DNA of 64,000 nt from Schmidtea nova (lineage: Eukaryota), in the NCBI GenBank assembly GCA_044892505.1, contig CM097882.1, forward strand, positions 547,584,001 through 547,648,000, read 5' to 3'. The notes beneath the pieces are model-generated. The model saw only the letters and a list, made by a program, of their open reading frames with translations. It searched no databases and was not told where the DNA came from. Made by a program: the position numbers and the translations under genes. This document shows, piece after piece, positions 57,160-64,000 of this stretch (the first letter of the stretch is position 1; every line of letters starts with the position of its first letter).

Positions 57160-60100
57160 GCAAGTAAATAGATCAATTTAACAATTTTTTTTTAATTTTT
57201 AATTAATTTATAAAAATCACATTCAAAATCAATATCTAATCTAAATATTTTTCTTAAATTATTTATCAGAAGTTTTCCTGTCAGGCCAACAATCGACAAG
57301 TACGTGTTTATATAATTTGTTCGTGTGTATATATCATTATTTCTATCACTAAATATCATTTGTTCGTTTAATTGTATCCTTGAAATTTGTAGTTGAGTTT
57401 GTGAATATTTGCACGAATAGAATTGTATAATTTCATCCCGTTTTTGTGAGTGTGTTAGATAGCCATTTGTTGTCTAGTTTATTTTCGTGTGAGGATAGAG
57501 TTTAAATTTTTAACAATCAATACGCATTAAATGAGACTAAACGTTGTCTGCTTTCTAATTCGCCATCTAATAGAAATTGAGCGACAAATGACGTCATTGT
57601 CTATTTAGGTGGAAATAGTCAATAAAATTATTTCCATTGAAAGCTCATCATTATTTGATCAGTCATTGTAATTGTTTTAATTTAAAAATGAACTTATATT
57701 TGCAAACACTAACTAATTTATGTTTCCTTTTTTACAAAATTAACATTCCACATTGTTCTAAATAGCTTGTTCGCAAACTGAATTTTAATCGAATGAAGAC
57801 AACTTAAAATTTTAATTAATTTGTTTTCAGCTGAATTATTTATCCGATTAAAGAAATTAGAAATTTTGAGAAAAAGATAATTGAAATTTGTTTTAATAAC
57901 TAAAAATAGTGTATATATTGCGAAATAATATTATATAAAATGACAATTTCTTGGTACCAGCATCATTTAAATATAAAACATTTAATAAATGATACAATAA
58001 TCCATTATTTTATATTCAAAAATTCTCACTTTTGTGTTTTTAATGAAACTTTTAGCAAATGCTTTTACTATCATTTNNNNNNNNNNNNNNNNNNNNNNNN
58101 NNNNNNNNNNNNNNNNNNNNNNNNNNNNNNNNNNNNNNNNNNNNNNNNNNNNNNNNNNNNNNNNNNNNNNNNNNNNNNNNNNNNNNNNNNNNNNNNNNNN
58201 NNNNNNNNNNNNNNNNNNNNNNNNNNNNNNNNNNNNNNNNNNNNNNNNNNNNNNNNNNNNNNNNNNNNNNNNNNNNNNNNNNNNNNNNNNNNAGTTCATT
58301 ATTGAATAATATATTAAGACTTAGCCTTAAGTTTTTAGTTTGTGAACAATATCAATGAGAATTTTCAACAATGTAAAAGTCCTCTTTAATCTAAAAGAAT
58401 GAAATGTTTGACCGAGAACCTTGTTCCTTTTAATTGTATTATCTGCCTTCTCATTGGATAGTAATTTGATTCATAAATGTAATGTTGTAGTTTTTCTAAA
58501 ATCAAAATTTTAAAATTAATTTTTCTATAACATATTTTAACATTAATCCAAAAACAATATTTTTTACAACTTTATATTTATATTATATGCATCGACATTC
58601 TTTCTGTTAAAATAACTTATTTCTATTTTTTAAAAATTACCATAAAGCAAACTCCGAATTCTCCAACAAGTTATCCAATCAGCGATTTCGATTGCTTCAT
58701 CCCTAAAGTTGAGTGCAGGATAAGAATTGTGTATAAAATCGTAGATGTATCAATTGAAAGTCTGACAAATATCATATAAATAGAGTGATATACGTTTATA
58801 ACTACGGTTGATAGGGAAATTTTTAAATCTTTCACATTTTATAATTACATATAGTTTATGTATATAGTTTAAAATTCATTATTTTTATTATTTGTTTTCT
58901 GAATGTTTTTCAATACAATACTTTGTTTATCCAAATGCTCTAAGTAAACAATGAAAATTATATATTGAATTTGGCATTCACTTTAAAGGCTTCTCCACAA
59001 CTTAAAAATGTTTGACAATTCAATAACCATTTCAAAGCACATAACAAAAAATATAACAGTGCCAAAATTTGAACCTTCCTAAACATTTAGCATTTGATTC
59101 GTAAATTAACAGGTAGATTCTGCGAAATTCTACTCATATAAACTTTGTATTAAATTTTTATGTATTAACTCTTTATTATCTGAATATGGAAAATTAATCT
59201 TTTAAAATGGTAGACCTAATGAATCATAATTGACATGGCGTCGGTTAAGAGCAATAATGGTTTCCAAAAATATTAAACAAAAATAATTTTATTATATTTT
59301 TTTATGCAAATCAGTCGGATCACTTTTACATTAGTCATTATATAAATCACATAGTAAAGTTTGAAGCAATTAATACAGTAAAAAAGGTTTAAAAATACTT
59401 CAAAAATTTAAGATAAAATTTCAGAACATTTAGTAAATAACTGATTTAATTAATTAATTAATTATTATAAAATTAATTAATGTTATACAATTAGGACACT
59501 GAGCAAAAGTTCGCTAATTTATTTTAATCAACAGACTATTTGATAAATATCATTGTTAAGTTGAAAAAAGGCAAATAAATATCGAAGGTCTAGTAATCAA
59601 CTTTTATTACATGTTACTGTATGTAAATGTAATTTTTAAAACAATTTTTTGCGGTAATAAATTTATTTTATAATTCTTTAACCTCGAAATATATACTTTA
59701 GTATTTAATTTCCCTCACATCTCCAAATGGAATTATATAATTCTAAAGAAAGTTAAAAAACTGTGACCATTATTATCAAAGATGGATTTTCAAAATTATT
59801 GAAGCATTAGCTAAATGTTTTGTATTTTAAACAATACTAGATTGAAATTTAAGCCCATTTTTTATTTCATTACATTGAATAAACTTTTTTTTCGGATTTT
59901 GAAGGAGATCTATGGAATCCAATGAGGATTTTGTGTGCTGATTTTACAGACAAACTAAAAGTCTAATAAAGTAGGATTTGTCAGAAACAATTTTTATTAA
60001 AAAATCGTTTTTACAAAGAACAGAAAAGATTAAAGATGGCTGATAGAAAAGAATATAAATAAAATATTTTTAATAGTTAGTGAGTTTTCATTAATAATTA

Positions 60101-60313
60101 AAAAAAATTATTATCAACACATTCGCTGCCAAACGACATTTCTTCAATCTACTCCCCCACTCCAAGCTTTTTTGTTGATATTTTAATATAAAATTTAAAA
60201 ACCTTATTTTTTGGTAATACATTCAAGATATATAAAAACGTTTAATTGGAATAATACTTAAACAAGCATGGTAAAGATATAATTAATGAAAAACCTTACT
60301 CATATAACATTCG

Positions 60314-60352
60314 TACTACATATTTCGACAGACTCCCTGCCATCTTCAGGTA
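60314..60352 (-). ncRNA. Probable minimal type I hammerhead ribozyme of Penelope-like element type
   Basis: Minus strand reads TAC-CTGAAGA-T-GGCAG-GGAGT-CTGTC-GAAA-TATGT-A-GTA: core CUGANGA/GAAA, stem II, self-complementary stem III and a 3-bp stem I. Confidence 0.5.
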
Positions 60353-60787
60353 TCCAGAAAATAAACTATGTTAAATTTAATTTATTGAATATAGTTATAA
60401 AATACAGTTAGATAAATTTTAAATATCATTTAAATATAATTTGAATTTATTAAAAATAAATCTGAAAATAAATTTTAAAATGATTAACAAAATTTTTATT
60501 ATTAATTATTAATTTTGTAAAATATTTAAAAAAATATTTATTTAATTTTAACAAAACCAATTTCATCATTCAACTTAATTAATACACTAACACATATTAT
60601 CATCCAAACTATTTAAAAGCATTCAAAGTGACATTTTCACCGCATTCTGTACATTGCAGAGCTGTAAAAAGGTAATGTGAATAAGTTTATGGTTTCATTT
60701 GATGTATGTTTTTTATTTGATGTCACATTGGTGGAAATAATTGATTTATCATAATTACCTTTTTGTTTCACCTTTGATCTTTTTTTA

Positions 60788-60960
60788 TTAATATCAATAA
60801 TTTCCATAGTGGTAAGACTATAGATACACTATAGTACACAATATTTCGGCAGTCTTTATCAAGTGTGTAGTTGATCAAGGCTGTGTCGAAATATTATGTA
60901 TTTGTTTAAAATTTTTTTTTTGATCTATAGTCTTACCATTATGGAAATTATTGATATTAA
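60788..60960. mobile_element. 173-bp palindromic (foldback) MITE-like element
   Basis: 38-bp terminal inverted repeats with 1 mismatch (TTAATATCAATAATTTCCATAGTGGTAAGACTATAGAT); the interior is also an imperfect inverted repeat. Confidence 0.8.
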
Positions 60961-61069
60961 TTGATTTATGATGTGAATTGTGGAATAAAAATATATCTGA
61001 ATATATTCTGTAAGATAGGAGTGCATTTCCTAAATTTCTGGAGTTTGTCAATTTTGTTTTTCAATAATA

Positions 61070-61830
61070 AATGATATCAACAAATAGATGGAGTAGTTAT
61101 GGGTTCTCCTTTACCAACAACGATGGCTTCAATTTTTAGGGATTTTAGAAAAAATTGCTTCTTTCCAATTTGAAAACTCAATTCTATATGTGGTTGGCAT
61201 TTTTCTTTTATTTAAAAATCAAGATCATGTGCAGCCATTTTAAAATTATGAATGGTTTACATAAAAACATCATGTTTATTTCTGCAGCTGAGAATGAATC
61301 CTCCACAGCGTTTTTATATCTGTTAATTAAACGCAAAAATCAAATGCAATATAGCTGATAACTTGAATGATGTAGTGAATTGCAGTATTGTATCTATTAA
61401 ACAAGAAAAACGATGGTATTACCTTATTCGGAGTGGTTTAAAGATTGTAAAAGGAAGATAAGTAAACAATTGGGTGGTTGTCTCCAATTCGTGTAAAGTG
61501 AGTAGTATGTTTGTTAATAAGTAGCAAACTCGGGTTGGATGGTGTTCAGATCTCGTTTATCAATTTACATGTAATGGGTGGAACGCATCATACATTGGAG
61601 ATACTGCACGTCATCTCTGTACTTGAGTTATTGAATATGGTCGACTAAAAAGAGCATCCAAAATTATTGATCACAATAAAGACTGTAACAGAAAGATTGG
61701 AATGTCTGATTTAAAATCGCAATCTTGAAATTCGTGTGGATTATCATGACAATTATTTTGATTAATACATTTTTTAGAGTAAAACGGAATTCTTTACAAA
61801 GCAGTATTACATCTACAATCTCATTGAACA
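61070..61830 (+). pseudogene. Penelope-like element remnant: RT fragment plus GIY-YIG endonuclease
   Basis: YQQIDGVVMGSPL; MNGLHKNIMFISAAENESSTAFLYLLIKR; SDLVYQFTCNGWNASYIGDTARHLCT; stops, frameshifts and internal deletions. Confidence 0.8.
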
Positions 61831-61905
61831 TACCTTTATACTGCGAAACTTTAAAATAAAATAAAGTATTAATTACAGAGAAACATAATAATTAATAATA
61901 TACTA

Positions 61906-62576
61906 CCGAAGTTTACCGAAAATAAGACCAGGGCTAATATTAAGAAAAATGGGGTTTTTTGCCAAATATGAGCAGCGCCGGATTAAGCACCGTGGAGGCC
62001 CATAGGCAGTCAAACTTTTGGGGCCCCATGCCCCTAGTCGGCCTGGTGCCTATTAGAAGTAGAACGCCAGTGCCCAGTCGATTTCACTCGTTTTAATTAG
62101 CCTACCAGTGCCAAGACATAAAATGTCCTTTTATAAGTATAAAATGTCATATGTAGCAATACCGTAATGCCAATACGACATTATAATTATTAGATTAATA
62201 ATTTAAGAAAACAATCACTGTAGTCTGTATATTTACGTATTTAACTATTTATCCAGAAAGAAATAATATGAAACTTTGAAAACATTATTGTATGACGTCA
62301 GCGTCGTCAGTCGCCTCTATTCTTAGCAATAAGTAAGTAAAAAAATTCTTTCGTCACGGTCTCATGGGGCCCATAAAAGTCGTGGGGCCCATAGGCAGTT
62401 GCCTAGTGTGCCTAATGGGTAATTCGGGACTGAATATGAGTTATCTTTCTACTAGATAACTAATGTCTTCTCATAAAGGAATCTATCCACTTTGAACTTG
62501 CTGTGAACGAGATATTTAATTTTTGAGCCAAGCTTAAAGATTTTTCTCAGATGGTCTTATTTTCGGTAAACTCCGG
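61906..62576. mobile_element. Tc1/mariner-superfamily MITE (TA TSD) carrying a nested hAT MITE
   Basis: 25-bp TIRs CCG(A/G)AGTTTACCGAAAATAAGACCA with 1 mismatch; TA at 61904 and 62577. Confidence 0.85.
61973..62432. mobile_element. Non-autonomous hAT element
   Basis: 8-bp TSD AATATGAG (61965-61972 and 62433-62440); degenerate TIRs CAGCGCCGGATTA / TAATTCGGGACTG; GGGCCCATAGGCA subterminal repeats. Confidence 0.85.
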
Positions 62577-63425
62577 TAATTATAAATTGTGGATTTATAT
62601 TGAAATGGAAATTAATAAAATTATATTAATAGAAGCAAGTTTTAGTAGAAAAAACAAAATAAAAAAATACTACCTAAGACATTTTTATTAAAATCCTGTA
62701 AAAATTTTCACAATAATTATTTATCAATAAAATCTTTAATATTTTTCACCTTTAATTTATTTTTAATTTTTTTCAAACAAAAGATTTAAATCCAATAATT
62801 ATTGAAAAAAATTATTTACATANNNNNNNNNNNNNNNNNNNNNNNNNNNNNNNNNNNNNNNNNNNNNNNNNNNNNNNNNNNNNNNNNNNNNNNNNNNNNN
62901 NNNNNNNNNNNNNNNNNNNNNNNNNNNNNNNNNNNNNNNNNNNNNNNNNNNNCAGAAAATTCAAATTAAAAAGCACAAAAACTAAGTGCAAATCGCTAAA
63001 ATACTAAAATTGGAAAAATAATAATTAATATGCAAACGTTAATTACAAATTTATAAAATTCAAAAATAAAGATTTAGAGAGAGAAACTGGTATGGGAGGA
63101 TGCCAAATGATGAGATGAATTCAGATATTGGTATATAAAATTATTAAGGGATCCCCAGAAGAAAAGAATTAACAAATTAATTAAGAAGTAATTGGCTAAT
63201 GGGAAACCCGAGCTAATGAGAAATCCAAGACAATGGAAAACCCGAGCTAATGAGAAATCCAAGACAATGAAAAACCTGAATAGTGTGGGAAGCCTTGACG
63301 AGCAATATGACAGGTAAAGCAAATTGAATTGATTAAAACGCAAAGTTAATTTTTGGAAAATTGTTAAAGTGAATGGAATAAAGTTGTGAAGAGTAAATTT
63401 TATTCCTACCCGACAATTTTATGAA

Positions 63426-64000
63426 TTGATAAATAACAAGAAACCAGAAAACGAAATGAAAAATCCAAACGGTCATGATGATACACCCATGTCAACAAGT
63501 AATACCGGAAATCGCAATGACTATGCTAGTTGCAGAAAGTTACCAGTCAATCAATATGGAAGAGATCCGATGGAATTCGTTGACTTTATGGCGGATTACT
63601 ACATGCACGCCACAGCCTATGGATTAGTCAATCAAAAATGGTGGAAAGACTTCCATTATACTTAAAAGGAGCGGCCAGAGAAGCATGGCAGCAGATAGAT
63701 ATTAAAATAATTGAAAATGATTGAAATAAATTAAATGATGCGATGGACGACAAACTAGTATGCAAAGAAGTTAAAAGAATTATGAGGAGTAAATTTTATA
63801 AAAGAAAACAAAAATACGATGAATCTTTTATTGGGTTTGGGTATGCTTTAATTTCTTTAGCAAAAAAGGCATTTGGATCCAATTCAGTTTTTGATGTCAA
63901 TGTTCAAAATATTATTATTGATCAATTTTTGGAGGGTATTAATGATAATCTAAAAATAGCATTTTGTGTAATTGATTATGATGACATATATGATTTAATG
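63426..64000 (+). pseudogene. gag: Decayed gag of a related but distinct Ty3/Gypsy family (runs off the window)
   Basis: NDYASCRKLPVNQYGRDPMEFVDFMADYYMHATAYG and RLPLYLKGAAREAWQQID match the array's gag; one frameshift (~63625) and one stop (~63722). Confidence 0.88.

Noticed and set aside
60605-60665. Possible minus-strand micro-exon LQCTECGENVTLNAFK
   Set aside because: A single CxxC after an acceptor-like site, with no other exons to support a gene.

Overview
AT-rich eukaryotic (probably invertebrate) genomic DNA. About 76% of the window (1908-50518) is a head-to-tail trimer of one unusually large (~16.8 kb) Ty3/Gypsy LTR retroelement: 4 LTRs with TGTTG...CAACA termini, 3 internal regions, a tRNA-Trp-type PBS, a PPT and a single ATAT target-site duplication around the whole array. 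The element looks like a complex, retrovirus-like genome. One 3214-aa ORF reads Gag (3 CCHC knuckles), two helical+ubiquitin-like repeats, an acidic linker, a Bcl-2-like domain, an internal signal peptide, a chuvirus/gB-like fusion glycoprotein with TM, then protease, RT, RNase H, integrase and a Cys-rich glycoprotein-like tail. Env therefore sits inside the gag-pol polyprotein. A second ORF with its own promoter-like sequence encodes a cupin-like domain plus an ISG20/REXO4-like DEDDh exonuclease. A ~3.2 kb microsatellite-rich 3' non-coding region contains islands of hairpins. The array lies 64 bp downstream of a 5'-truncated Polinton/adintovirus-type PolB that is preceded by arrays of E2F- and AP-1-like sites. 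The last 13.5 kb holds minisatellites, a degraded piggyBac, several MITEs, exons of a host RILP-like gene, a Penelope-like remnant with a probable hammerhead ribozyme, and a decayed relative of the same gag. All domain calls come from motif recognition by eye, with no database or structure searches. About 0.9 kb per repeat unit is N-masked and could not be assessed.
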